64,000 nucleotides of DNA, from NCBI RefSeq assembly GCF_009914755.1, contig NC_060931.1; one strand, written 5' to 3'. This document shows positions 1 through 14,645 of the stretch, one piece after another (the first letter of the stretch is position 1; every line of letters begins with the position of its first letter). Both the position numbers and the translations under genes were made by a program. The DNA comes from the human T2T-CHM13v2.0 reference genome, Homo sapiens. Under the pieces are notes generated by a model. It was not told the origin of the DNA. It saw only the letters and a program-made list of their open reading frames with translations, and ran no database searches.

Positions 1-178
1 AGTTAATATTTTCAGCCTTGTGGTTTATATCGTCTCTGTTTGATTGTGCCATCGTAGTATAAGAGCAATCATAGATAATATGTAAATGAATGAGCATGGC
101 TGCATTTCAGTACAATTTTATTTACAAAACAATGTGGCAGCTGGATTTGGCTTGCAGGCTGTAGTTTGCCAACCCCTG
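1..178 (-). mobile_element. MER58A-like hAT-Charlie MITE (partial)
   Basis: Terminal gtagtttgccaacccctg and internal ttttatttacaaaac...ggatttggc. Confidence 0.75.
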
Positions 179-1074
179 CTTAGGCAATGTATTTGAAGTG
201 ATTTGTTGTTATTTTTAATGTAAAGGTTGTCATCCATATGTCTACATGGGATTGTTTTATAATGGTGTTAGGCATACATACAATGAGTAGAGTTTCATTC
301 ATGGTATACCTAGGTATTATGCAAGAAAAATTTTAAGTCAATTAACAAGATACCTTTTTTCCTCTAGAGAACTTAGAATAAGGTGAGAGGCATAATGGCT
401 TAGCTCTATTGTGGCATAATAGTGCCAGCGTTTTGAAAAATCACTTCTTTGGCAAACAGTCGTTTATACTTGTATATTGCTGTGTGCCTGCCTTTCCCCG
501 AACTCTGACTTTTTCCTGCATATGTGCATTTCTTTTATCCCATCCCTTGCCATATCATTTGGCTCTGATCCTATTTGGATAATGAGATAGTTTGTTGTGC
601 CTGCAATGAAGAAAATGATTTTAAATGTTTTTTAATAAGTTAACAGGAGCAAGTCTTGAAATTACTGTAATGAGATAATGACAGTGTAGCATATTGCTTT
701 GAAGATTGTGCTCTGGTGAAAAATGTATGCTCTTAATAAATTCATTTTCACTGTATTTTCCTCAACAAAGTTGTTTAGCATTTGCCTATTTGCCTACCAG
801 TAATAGGGAAATGGTCATAGGAGTTGGTAGTCAATAAAGAATGAAGACCAAAGTTGATACTCAAGTAAGAATTCTTTTGAGCTTTAAGGTATCAGCCATG
901 GAGGACTTGTACCAAGACCGGAATCCTGTAGTGACAGGTGCTTTATAGGAATATTAAAATCCAGAACCTCAGACCACTATGTTAGTTTCATCTTTTTAAT
1001 TTGTTCATTACTGCAGATCACATGTATTTCCTTTCTTTGAAGTTCTAAGTATTACACTTGAAAGTTTCTAACAG

Positions 1075-1400
1075 TTCATGCACTTATTTAGCCAACATGT
1101 ATCATGTGTATATATTCAATCCATAGCACAGTCTCAGACACTGGGGCAACAGAGGTGAAGGAGACCTGAGTCCTGCCCTCAAGTTTATTAGAGAAGGGCA
1201 GATATACTAATAAATCAATGTTATATCTGCCATGATCTACACATGTATATGACACATTGGGAGTTCAGGAGACAGTGGTCAGTTCTACCTTGAAGGTCAT
1301 TTTAAAAAGATTCCATAAAGAAGATGATGCTTAAGCTGAATCTAGAAAGGTAGATAGATTCCAAATAAAGGAAAAAGTATTAACAAAGATATAGTGGCAT
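1075..1400 (-). mobile_element. L2 fragment
   Basis: Degenerate L2 3' motifs (ctggggcaacagaggtgaaggagacctgagtcctgccctcaag). Confidence 0.5.
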
Positions 1401-1730
1401 ACCTTATTGAGGGGAATAGATACATTTTCATATATACCTATAATCGAATCTGATACAGCAGTGAGAGTGAATGGATGTACTGCATGTTATACATAGCTTG
1501 CATGAATCTAACAGTGTTGAAAGAAGCAAGACACAAAAGAATATGTAAAATTTGATTCTATTCGTAACAGGCAAAATTAAGCTATATAGTATAGGGATGC
1601 ATATCTAAGTGGTAAAATCATAAAGGATAGCAACAACAACAAAAATCTATTACAAAGGTTACCTCAGATAGGAAGGGAGAAGATTTTGATTGGGCAGGAG
1701 AGCACTTGGGATAATGGAAAGTTTTATTTA

Positions 1731-2032
1731 TTATTTTTTATTGTATTTTATTTATTTATTTATTTATTTATTTTGAGATGGAGTCTCGCTCTGTCCCCCA
1801 GGCTGGAGTGCAGTGGCGCAATCTCAGCTCACTGCACGATTCTCCTGCCTCAGCCTCTTGAGTAGCTGGGACTACAGGCACGCTCCACCACACCTGGCTA
1901 TTTTTTGTATTTTTAGTAGAGACGGAGTTTCACCATGTTGGACAGGATGGTCTCCATCTCCTGGCCTCACGATCCACCTGCCTCAGCCTCCCAAAGTGCT
2001 GGGATTACAGGCGTGAGCCACTACGCCTGGCT
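1731..2032 (-). mobile_element. Alu (S/Y lineage) with an internal deletion of about 23 bp in the right arm, within an old L1M 3' fragment
   Basis: Alu consensus with (TTTA)n tail. cactgca|cgattctcc lacks acctccgcctcccgggttcaag. Degenerate TSD tggaaagttttattt / tggaaactttcattt. Confidence 0.9.
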
Positions 2033-2214
2033 GGAAACTTTCATTTCCTTACCAAGTTTGTGGTTCCATTGGGTGTTACCTTTATGATTATTAAGATGTG
2101 CATTATTACTATAAACTTTGTCTTAAATGTGTTATGTTGTATTTCACAATAAAAGAGATTTTTTAAAAGACAGTGAGGGCCTGAATAAGGCAGTAGGAAA
2201 TGGAAGAATGGGTA

Positions 2215-2592
2215 TTGTCATAGGCCATTCGGGCTGCCGTAACAAAATACCACAAAATGGGTAGCTCATAAACAACAGAAACTTAATTCTCACTGTTCTG
2301 GAGGTGGGGAAGTCCAAGATCAAAGTGCTGGCAGATTTGGTGTCTGATGAGGGCCTATATTCTCATTCATAGTTGGCTGCCTTTTCTCTGGAACCTCACA
2401 GGGCGGAAGGGGTGAGGGATCTCTCTGAGGGCACTAATCCCATTTCATGAGGGCACTAATCCCATTCACAAGGGCTCTGCTTTTATAACCTAATCACCTC
2501 CCAAAGTCCCCACCTCCTCATACTGTCACCTTGGGGGTTAGGATTTCAACATATGAATTTGGGAAGTGGTTCATAAACATTCAGTACACTGA
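2215..2592 (-). mobile_element. MLT1A-like MaLR solo LTR
   Basis: ggctgccgtaacaaaataccac...gaagtccaagatcaaagtgctggcagatttggtgtctg...ttaggatttcaacatatgaatttggg. Confidence 0.8.
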
Positions 2593-2911
2593 AGATGTGA
2601 AGGGTGGTAAGCATTAGAATCACCTGGCCACTGATAGGAGCTGGGAAGCCAGAGTCTACCATGGTTCCCAGGTTTTTTAATTTGTTGACTAGGAAGATGG
2701 CATGTGCTGAGATGGAGAATATAGTATCCACAATGGGCAAGGCTTTTTCTGCTGCAGCTTTTTTTTCCTTTTAGGTCCATTCTTATTCTACAAAGAGGTT
2801 ATTTTTCCTGCCTCCTTCCTCAGATAGGTACAAATCAGTACCATTTCCACCACAGTCCTGCCAAGAAAACTACTCAGTTCCCCATCTTTATGTATTTATT
2901 TCCAGAAAGTT

Positions 2912-5522
2912 CTTTTTAAACTGTTATTTTAGGTTCAGGGGTACATGTGCAGGTTTGTTATATAGGTAAATTGCATGTTGCAGGGGTTTGATATACAGAT
3001 TATTTCATCACCCACATAATAAGCATAGTACCCAATAGGTAGTTTCTCAGTCCTCACCCTCTTCCCACCCACCACCCTCAAGTAGGTCCCGGTGTCTGTT
3101 TTTCCCTTCTTTGTGTTCATATGTGCTCCATGTTTAGCTCTCACTTATAAGTGAGAACATGCAGTTTTGATTTTCTGTTTCTGAATGAGGTTGCTTAGGA
3201 TGATGGCCTCTGGCTCCATCCATGTTGCTGCAAAGAACGTGAGTTCATTCTTTTTTAGTATTCCACGGTGTATATGTACCACATTTTCTTTATCCAGTTT
3301 ACCATTGATGGACATTTAGGTTGATTCCATGTCTTTGCTATTGTGAACAGTGCTGCAATGCACATATGTTTGCATGTGTCTTTATGTTAGAATGATTTAT
3401 ATTCCTTTGGGTATATACTCAGTAACGGGACTGCTGGGTCAAATGGTAATTCTGTTTTAAGTTCTTTGAGAAATCCTCAAACTGTTTTCCATAATGGAAG
3501 AACTATTTTACATTTTCATCAGCAGTGTGTAAGTTTTCCCTTTTCTCCACAACCTCACCAGCATCTGTTATTGACTTTTTAGTAGTAGCCATTCTGACTG
3601 ATGTGAAATAGTATCTCACTGTGATTTTGATTTGCTTTTCTTTAATGATCAGTTGTGCTTAGCATTTTTTCATATGCTTCTTGGCCACATGTATGTGTAC
3701 TTTCAAAAAGTATCTGTTCATGTCCTTTGCCCACTTCTTAATGGGGTTGATTATTGCTTGTAAATTTGTTTCAGTTCCTAATAGATGCTAGATATTAGAC
3801 CTTTGTTGAATGCATAGTTTGAAAATATTTTTCCCATAATGTAGGTTGTCTGTTTACTCTGTTGATAGTTTCTTTTGCTATGCAGAAGCTCTTTAGTTTA
3901 ATTAGGTTCCATTTATTGATTTTTGTTTTCATTGCAATTGCTTCGTTATGAAATCTTTTCCAGGTCCTATGTCCAGAATGGTATTTCCTAGGTTATTTTC
4001 CAGGGTTTTTATAGTTTTAGGTTTTATATTTAAGTCTTTAATCCATCTTGAGTTGATTTTTGTGTATGGTATAAATAACGAAGGGGTCCAGTTTCAATCT
4101 AATGCACATGGCTAGCCAGTTATCCCAGCACCATTTATCGAATAGGGAGTCCATTCAATAAATGAACAAATTTCTTCATTGCTCATTTTTGTGGATTTTG
4201 TCAGTCAGATGGTTGTAGATGTGCAGCATTATTTCTGCTCTCTAATAGGGCTCTCTATTCTGTTCCATTGATCTGTGTGTCTGTTTTGGTACCAGTACCA
4301 TGCTGTTTTGGTTACCATAGTCTTGTAGTATAGTTTGAAGTTGGGTATTGTGATGCCTCCAGCTTCGTTCTTTTTGCTTAGGATTGCCTTGACTATTTGG
4401 GCTCTTTTTTGGTTTCATATGAATTTTTAAATAGTTTTTTTTTCTAATTCTGTGGAAAACGTCATTGGTAGTTTGATAGGAATAGCACTGAATCTGTAAA
4501 TTGCTTTGGGCAGTATGGCCCTTTCAACAATATTGTTTTTTCCTATCCATGAGCATGGAATGTTTTTCTATTTGTTATGTCATCTCTGATTTCTTTGTGC
4601 AGTGTTTTGTGACTTTCATCGTAGAGATCCTTTACCTCCCTGGTTAGCTGTATTCCTAGTATTGTATTCTTTTTGTGGCTATTGTGAATGGAATTGCATT
4701 CTTGATTTGGCTGTCACCTTGGATGTTGTTGGTGTATAGGAATACTACTGATTTTTGTACATTGATTTTGTATCCTGAAACTTTGCCAAAGTTGCTTATC
4801 AGATCAAGGAGCTTTTGGGCAGAGACTGGAATTTTCTAGGAATAGAATCATAACATCTGAAAACAGGAATAGTTTGACTTCCTCTCTTCCTATTTGGATG
4901 CCTTTTCTTTTTTTTTGTCTGATTGCTGTGTCCAGGACTTCCAGTAATATGTTGAATTGGAGTGGTGAGAGAAGGCGTTCTTTTCTTGCTCCAGTTTTCA
5001 AGGGGAAGGCTTCCAGCTTTGCTCATTCAGTATGATGTTGGCTGTGGGTTTGTCATAGATGGTTCATATTATTTTGAGTTATGTTCCTTCAGTGCCTACT
5101 TTCTTGAGGGTTTTTAACCTGAAGAGATGTTGAATTTTATGGACAGCCTTTTCTGCATCCATTGAGCTAATCATGTGGTTTTTGTTTTTAGTTCTGTTTA
5201 TGTGATGAACTCACATTTATTTATTTGTGTATGTTGAACCAATCTTGCATCCCAGGGATAAAGCCTGCTTGATCATGGTGGAGTAGCTTTTTGATGTGCT
5301 GCTGGATTCAGTTTGCTAGTATTTTGTTGAGGACCTTGGCATCTATATTTTATTAAGGATATTGGCCTTAAGTTTTTTTGTTGTTGTGTCTCTGCCAGGT
5401 TTTGGTATCAGAATGATTCTGGCCTCACAGAATGAGTTAGGGAGGAGTCCCTCCTTCTCAATTTTTTGGAATAGAGTGGTACCGGCTCTTCTTTATACAT
5501 CTGGTAGAATTCAGCTCTGTCA
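2912..5522 (-). mobile_element. 5'-truncated old L1 (L1PA15-17-like): 3'UTR plus degraded ORF2
   Basis: 3' end aggttcaggggtacatgtgcaggtttgttatataggtaa. ORF2 remnants ([19 protein letters not shown]...[13 protein letters not shown]) are collinear with the young L1 in this window. Confidence 0.9.
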
Positions 5523-5576
5523 ATTTCTGTCAATTGCCTGTGTTGAAATCCAATGACTACCTCAAACTATTTCTAA

Positions 5577-5921
<345 letters not shown>

Positions 5922-6585
5922 CACATTCTATTCTTACCAGCTTGACAAATGGAGTACCTACTGCTCATTGTTCTTCTCATTGGCCATACCTCCCTACCAT
6001 GCTTCTATAGGTAGAACAACATCAAAGTATCATATGCCTCAAACTCAACTCAGGTGTTTGTAACCAAGCTTAGAATCCCCTTCACTGGCCCATTTCTGAC
6101 TAAAAAGGAGGTCATTTCAGGCACTCTCTGAAACATGACCTAAAAAAACCCATGTCCACATTAAAACCACACTAGATTTTCTACTTTATAGCAAATTTCA
6201 TTGTATCAAATATGAATTTTATTTGAAAGGGCCTTTGATTAACTCGAGCCTGAAAATCCAAAGTTGTATCTTAACATTGAAATTTGTATGTATAAGTAGA
6301 CTCTACATCCTGGGAACTTTGGGTTGTATTGCTTATGTGTTTTCTCTTTGTATGAAATAGAGTGAATAAACTATTGCCTATTTAGAAAGATGATATGGAG
6401 GCCTACTCTGACTAGGTAGACATGTGCTTTATGTTGCTTTTCTAGTGCAAGAGCTGCAGTTTCATGATGCATGCACATCCTGTTGCCTGTTTTGTTTTAC
6501 TACAAATGGCCCACTGGGAATATTCCCTTCAGTTAAGATGTACTGAGCACCCAGCATGGGCCAACTAGCATGATAGGCAGGTTAG

Positions 6586-6587
<2 letters not shown>

Positions 6588-6627
<40 letters not shown>

Positions 6628-6706
6628 CAATATTATATATAATATACATATTATACTATATTTTATATATATCTTATATATACTAGATATATAAGATATA
6701 TATAAA
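6588..6706. repeat. (TG)17 microsatellite followed by AT-rich low complexity
   Basis: Direct reading. Confidence 0.9.
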
Positions 6707-7870
6707 AGAAATACAACGTTTGCCCATTATACTAACTGAAGATACTTGTGAGTTAGGCTCATCCCAAACTGTCCAGTATTTGCTTCTCTTAGAAAGTCCA
6801 AAAGCTTTTCATGTAACTTGGTGGGCTTTCTCCCTGACAGAAGCATTTCACATATGCCTACTCTCTAGCATGTCATTCCTGCCACATATCTCAGCCATGG
6901 GCATCTCACTCTCAGCTAGTGCAGCCTATCTTGATACCTGCTCAGAACTTGGTATAAACAAAACTCTATATACTTCATGTTGCATGCAGTGAGCTAAAGG
7001 AAGCTTTGCTTACTTTCACAGATTACAGGTTTATTTTATAATCATGCCATGAACACAAGTCAGAGTAATCTGATTCTTTGCTGCAGTGGCATTAGAGCAC
7101 TGATAGCACACTCTCCTTTTTCAGGGAGAATGTTGTGTGTCTGGTTGACTGGATAAACTCTTCAGTCTTATAGGATTTGAAAGAACATAAAAGGCAGGCA
7201 TTTATTTACTATAATAAAACAATAGACTTTGCAATGAATTCTGTAATAACTGCCTTTTAATCCTCACAGTCCCCCACACACACACACGAGAACTTTATAC
7301 CCCCCAAAAAAAAGTTAAACGTCACACTTACTTTATTTTATATCTCTGAAGTTGGTCTTCAATCAAGCAAAAAAATAAGGGATAAAGTGAAAGGAAATTT
7401 GAGAAAAGATCCTGCAAGAAGCAAGCTGAGACTAGAATTTCATAAAATCCATTTCTAGCCCTGTCAGCTGCCTGCCTCATTACCTTAGACTTTCATATAA
7501 TCTTTTAAGTCTTTAGTTCAATCTTTCTACTCAGTTATTTTTCTTCAGTTTCTTGTAACCTTCAAAAATGCTAACAATAGAAATCACAGGCCAACCTGAA
7601 GTTAATCCAGTACCTTGTAACCACAGCCTTTTACCACCCTTAACTGAGCTGTGTGTGGGTGGCTTGCATCCCACGGTTGGTACTCTGGGCTTAGAGAGTC
7701 CTTGCATGCTATGTGGGTGGCGTTCATCCTGTAGTGTTCCTACGGGTTTAGGGAGTCCCTTTCCAGTACCCAATCAGATATACATTGTTCTTTATATGCT
7801 GGGCTGAAAGATTCCATACTTTTGTTTCTAGGAATTCAGGACCATTCAACTAAGATAATACGGTATAATG

Positions 7871-8066
7871 CAGGGACCAACAATCTTTTTCTTTTTGGGC
7901 TATGCTGTCTGTGTTGCAGCTATGCGGCTCCGCCTTTGTGGTGGGGAAGTAGCCATAGACAACATATATATAAGTGAATGCATGTGGCTGTGTTCCAGTA
8001 AACTGTATTTACAAAAGTGGGTGGCAGGCCACATTTGGCCCTCAGGCCGTACTTTGCTGACTCCTG
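7871..8066 (-). mobile_element. MER58A-like hAT MITE
   Basis: caggg...agccatagacaac...ggctgtgttccagtaaactgtatttacaaaa...gtactttgctgactcctg; similar to 1-178. Confidence 0.75.
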
Positions 8067-8271
8067 GTATCTGGACAAGATTGCTGGGTTTCGAGCTGAG
8101 GTTTCACATGGGGCTTGAGACCCATATAATCACAGAGTGGTCTCAAATGGGTCTCATACTTTTGTATGTATTTGTAAAGTTCACGGTAATAGCACTTGCC
8201 ATGCCTTCCTTAGAAAGTTACATGGGATAATTTAATTTTTAATTTTTGTTAACATTCTATAGACTTAAAAA

Positions 8272-8486
8272 AATTTTTATTTAACACATTATACATATTG
8301 ATGGAGTGCAATTTGATACTTAGGTACATGTGTTTGCTACATAATGATTAAGGTAGTTAGCATACCCATCACCTCACATATTTATCACTTCTCTGTGGTG
8401 AGAATATTCAAAAGCTTCTCTTCTGGCTATTTTGCCATATATAATACCTTACTGTTAACCATAGTCACCCTACTGTGCAATAGAAT
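8272..8486 (-). mobile_element. L1MA 3' end fragment
   Basis: catacccatcacctcacatatttatcacttctctgtggtgagaatattc...accatagtcaccctactgtgcaataga. Confidence 0.75.
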
Positions 8487-8594
8487 AAAGAGCATAATTT
8501 AGATAAATAAGATGTGTTCACTATGATATACTATGTAAACATAGCCTTTTTCCCTAATAAGTATTATTAGCAGCAGCAAGGGCAATTTTTCTAG

Positions 8595-9279
<685 letters not shown>

Positions 9280-10309
9280 CAGGAGTCACTTCTAATTCCT
9301 CACAGCTATCCCAGAATGTCTTTGAACACAGGATTTAGTGACAGAACCACAACAAGCCATATGAGAGCCCCACACTGGGCGGTACACTGCACCTGGAAAT
9401 GTGCGTGTGAATGTGATTCTAATCTGAAACCCCAGCAACAGATCACCTAGCAAAGGGAACAAATGTGAAAGGAGCCTTTTTGCCTGCGTGTACAGCTTCA
9501 GGAAGAATGCAGAGGAGAAGAGGAGGATGCCCCCAGGGTCTGTGATATTTTTATATCAACTCCGGCAGTCAATGAGGTGATGGGTATTATAGGTATTATA
9601 GCTGGTTTCCCTCCCATCTAAGTGTTCCCATGTGAAAATGTTCAACTTGCCAAGATTTGATACACTCAAGGGACATCATATTATGACTTTCCCAGCCTCT
9701 GAATCTTTAACACTAATGAAGCTAGCAGGCAAACATGTCTAAAAGGACAACTGTGGAAGGTAATTGTATCTTAGATAGAATGGTATATTCTGTATAACAC
9801 AGACCTTCTCATTGGTCTAGTTATTGTCCCTGAATGCACACATGGCATTTTCTTGACCCCTTATTATTCCACGACTTTCCCCCTCTACCTGAAATATCTT
9901 TCATACTTTCCTTCAGCTGTCAGATCTTATCCATAAATACACCTCATCCCTTCTCTGGGATCTAAAATGTTCTCATTTTCTAAATTTTAATATCAGTTTG
10001 TCTGGACCATCATTTAAAAGTTACAGTTTACTCATTTTATTATTGTCTTTTCACATCTTCTCAATGAGATTCGAAATTTGGGAGCATCAGGACATTTCTA
10101 GTTCAGTTCTGCAGCTCTCTCAGAACCTCGCATGTGGTAGGTCGTTCAGTACATATTTATTGAGTAAAAATATGTTTAAGTAAAAGTAAATACAGTTTTG
10201 TTATAGGAGAGCCCTTCTTAATCAAAAATACCGGAATACAAAAATCTTGTTTGATAGCTTTTACATGTTAATGGAGGCCTCATCTGTTTTAACCTGAAGC
10301 CTTGAGACT

Positions 10310-10892
10310 CTGGAAGAAATGTACAGTAGCACACCATTATACAGAATTTTCATCATACGGATATAACAGATGCAAATAACCCCAAGAGCATAGAGACCAG
10401 GTGCAGTGAGTCACCTCTGTAATCCCAGTGCAATGGGAGGTGGTAGGATTGCTTGAGGGCAGGAGTTTGAGACCAGCCTGGGCAGCATAGCAAGACCTCC
10501 ATTTCTACAAAGAAATTCAATTAGCTGGGCATGGTGGCACATGCCTATAGTCTGAGCTACTTGGGAGGTTGAGGTGGGAGGATTGTTTGAGCCCAGGAGT
10601 TTGAGATTACAGTGAGCTGTGATTGTGCCATTGTGCTCCAGCCTGGTGATAGATCAAGATCCTGTCTCTTAAATTAAAAAATAAAAAAAGAGCTTAAGGA
10701 GTAGTAAAATATATAATAAGATAACTGGGAAGTGAAACATTTTGAGTATTACCATTGTTTTTAATAAATTTTATTTAATTGTACGTTTACATAGGTTTTA
10801 ATGATGGCTGTGTTTAATAACTGACTCGTGAAAGTCCTAAAAATTTAAGTCCACGCTTATGAGCCAAAAGAGCCAGCTCCAGCACATCACTA
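10310..10892 (-). mobile_element. MER63-like hAT-Blackjack element interrupted by an AluJ
   Basis: Terminal gagccagctccagcacatcact and atgatggctgtgtttaataac; reverse-similar to 32225-32636. Confidence 0.7.
10395..10689 (+). mobile_element. AluJ
   Basis: ggattgcttgag, gagcccaggagtttgag; TSD aagagcatag / aagagcttaag. Confidence 0.88.
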
Positions 10893-11835
10893 TTCTTATC
10901 ACAATTTATTATAGTGGCTGATTTCATTTTCTCTCTCTTTCCCTAAATAATGAACTTCCTGAAAGAAGCGATAACGTCTGTTTGCTCACCATTGTATCTC
11001 TAATGCCTAACACGTAGTAGGTACTCAAGTATTAGATGACTGAATGAATCAATCCAATCTTCTGCATTCTTACCAAATTAATACAACTTAAAACAAAGGA
11101 AAAAGGTCTCTTGTCTAAAAGTCACATTTCATTTTCTTTCTTTTGGTCAGCTTTAACAATATGCTATAAACATTCATCACTAAGCACTTCAGCATATGAA
11201 ATATTACTGTTTTCAATATCATCCAAGTAAGTGTATCTGAGTTATTCATGGCCATAATGTTCACAGAAACAACTCTCAATGTAAATATGTTCAGGAACTA
11301 TTTTTCAGTAGAATGTCAATTTCTTTGAGCTGCGTGTGTTCTTCTAAACCAACAAAACACTGCCAATTCCTGTGATATGTAGATTATTTGTCTTTATAAA
11401 ATTGCAGAAAATTGAAAATTTTTCTCTGGGTACTGTATCTTTTCCACATTTTTAGCCTAGAGCTTTGGCACTGACCAGAATGTAGAATTAGGAATTCTAG
11501 TATTTTTGCATTTTAGGGCATTCTAAGGAGAAAAGAATTCTCTCCCTCTAGTATAGGCTACCATTTCCCAAAATATATTCCTTGGGATCCAGCTCTGTGG
11601 GATGTTAATAGGTGCTGTATGAAAACTGATTCATTTCCAAGTAGGTTTGGAAAAAATTGGTTCAGTATTAAATAAGTTTGTTTTTTGTTTTTTCTTTTTT
11701 TTTAGTGGTAGCACATCACCAAACAGGATATAGTATATAGTATTTCCCAAATGATTTTTTTTCCACGAGAATGTCACAGGGACCTAATATTCCATTTCTC
11801 TTTGGGAAATGCCGTATTTATGTATGAACAGTCTT

Positions 11836-12335
11836 ATAGAATCATACGTTCAGACATGAGAGGGCTTAAAGGTTATCTAGGTTACCCCCCCACACACACA
11901 CACACCCATGTCAAAATCCATTTTATATCACTCCAACAGATGGTCATCCGGCCTCTGCTGAATACAGACCTTAGCAGGAAACTTCCCATTCCAAAAGTCA
12001 TTCCACTCCATGACTGGCCTCCTTTCCTTTTTTAACAAAGATTTTCCTTATAATTGAACCAAAAATCTGTTTCCCTGTAATTTACTCATTCCTTCTAGTT
12101 TTGCCATCTGGAATATTGGCAAAACAAGTTTGCTTTCTTTTCTGCAAGATGACTATCATGTTTCCTGTTCACCTTCTCTTCTTTAGATTGACTCTTCCTA
12201 GCTTATTCAACTCTTCCTCATATGAGGAAGTTTCTAGAATTCTCAACATCCTGGTTACTTTCCCCTGGAAAATGTCCAGTGTCCCTCTCAAAATAAGATA
12301 ACTAGAATTAAACACAGTCAGCTGTGATCTGTCAA
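11836..12335 (-). mobile_element. CR1/L3 LINE fragment
   Basis: atagaatcata...cagatggtcatccggcctctgctgaata...gaaccaaaaatctgtttccctgtaattt...ttcaactcttcctcatatga. Confidence 0.65.
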
Positions 12336-12349
12336 GCACACATGTTTAA

Positions 12350-13080
12350 CTTTTTATTCAACAAATACTTCTGGAGCCACTGTTCTCCTTTGGGCACTAT
12401 TCTGGAGGCTGGGGATACAGCAGACAAGAAGGCAGGCAAAGTCGGATATTTCATGGAGCTTCTAGTCTTGTAGTGGAAAAATCAAGTAAACCAGGAAACA
12501 CATAAATAAGCAAGATGGTCTCTAGTAGTCAAAAATGTTACAAAGAAAATAAGATCAGATAATATGATAGAAAATATTTGCAGAGAGGTGGTATGTTTTT
12601 TATTTTGTTTATAAATAGAGACAGGGCCTTGCTATGTTACCCCAGCTGGTCTCGAACTCCTGAGCTCAACCCGTCTTCCTGTCTTGGCCTCCCAAAGTGC
12701 TGGGACTACAGGTGTGAGCCACTGGCCCTGCCAGGGTGGCATGTTTTGATCAGTGATGGGGAAAGCATCTCAGAAGGTGCCATTTGAGCTGTTCCTGAAT
12801 AATACAGAGGAGCCAGGGAGTGAATGAAGATCTGTGGGCAGCACATTCCAGCCAGAGGGAGTGGTGCATGGCAGGCTCTATGGTGAACATGAGTCTTGTC
12901 AAAAGAAAGAGAGGTCATGTGGAAAGTAGAGCAAGAGAAGAGGAGAGTCACTTCAGCAATATCAGAGAGGAAGGCAGCAGCCAGCGTATTTAAGGCATCA
13001 TAGCTGTGTTACCATGGCTCAGGTAAGTATAGTTTGTAAGCATAGTAGGTGGCCATTGGAAGATTTTAAGCAGGAGAGTG
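12350..13080 (-). mobile_element. L2a fragment containing a FLAM/Alu monomer (12597-12733, - strand)
   Basis: attcaacaaatac...gctggggatacagcag. Monomer TSD ggtggtatgtttt / ggtggcatgtttt. Confidence 0.75.
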
Positions 13081-13458
13081 TCACAAACTTCAACAGTTCA
13101 TTCCAGTTGATTTGATCTTCCCACGAGTCATCATACTACATTATACTGCTGTTAGTCCAGCCCAGGATTTTTGGTTGTCGCCATTGTTTTTCTAAGAACC
13201 TAGTCAAACTTCTCATACAAACTTATTTTTGGCAAATTAAAATACCCAGATCTTTTAAAATTTTCTTATAATCTTGACAAAACCAGTAATTTGGAATCTC
13301 AGTGAAAAACATTTGTTGCTCTTAAATTTTATAATTTTGTTCTCAAGCCTTATTAGAATAATGTTGAATCCTGACTTTGTCGTTAGTAATACTAAAGCAG
13401 TCTCAGCTTTTGGGTTTTAAGTTTAATAAATAAATTTTTTATTCAAAGTTGGCAATAA

Positions 13459-13629
<171 letters not shown>

Positions 13630-14509
13630 TAAGGACTATAGTCTGTTACAAGTATCCCTTTAGTTGAAAGAATCCATTAAGCGACCTTTTCTCAGGATAG
13701 CTTTTCAACCACCTGCTAATATTTGACTACATGAATTTTCATTTCCTCATATTTTTACTGCAAGGATAGCCCATGAGATAATTCAACACATATAGGTCTC
13801 TTAGTCTGCTAATCCTGTAGGAAAAGAAAAGAAAATTAGCATAATATCTAGGTGAATGTATAATGGCTCTTAGTTAACATTTCTTTGTCTAAATATTCAT
13901 AACCCAAGGGATGATTGAAGTTTAATCAATAGTTTCTAAAATCCTTTCCCCCGCTTTTAAAAAAATAAGCATAGCATTTTCCTGACTCCTGTCCTTGGGG
14001 TGGAGATTGGGGAACAAGTAAAAGCTTATAGAGTCTTGTTTGATAAAAAACATTTTTTTCTAAGGGAAAGGAATAGCAACATTTGCTGCCACTTAAAATC
14101 CATCCTTAAAATTCACACAAAGCACATTTATTGCTTACTTTCACAATGATCTAGGGACCAAAGAGTAACAAAAAACAAAACAATAAATAAATGCACAATC
14201 GGGCATCTCTGCTGTCAAGTATTCCTTGAAGGCCTGGCAGAATCTGACATGGAGTAAGTTACTGGAAGCCGGATTTAGTCAATTACCTGTCTTTTTGCTC
14301 CTAATGTTCAGAATCCAGTAAATGGCTGTAGCCTAAGGTAGAGAAGTACCAGTTAAGTGCATTTTGACTGTGGTTTAAGCAATCGAGGTCGTCTCCAGCT
14401 TCTTTGGAACAATGCCATTCTTTAGCATGACATGGAGGGTAACTATGTGCTTATTCACTAGATGGAATACCTGCTTCATGTAGTTGGCTGGGCTCTGTTA
14501 CCATCTGTT

Positions 14510-14593
14510 TCTTTCTTTGTTTCTTTCTGTTTGTCTGTCCCTCGCCCTCTCTTTCTCTCTCCCTCTCTTTCTGTCTCTCTCTCTCTCTCTCTT

Positions 14594-14644
<51 letters not shown>
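14510..14644. repeat. Compound (TC)n-(CA)24 microsatellite abutting a FLAM monomer (about 14645-14775, - strand)
   Basis: Direct reading; monomer gggtctcattatgttgcccaggctggtcttgaac. Confidence 0.88.
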
Positions 14645-14645
<1 letters not shown>

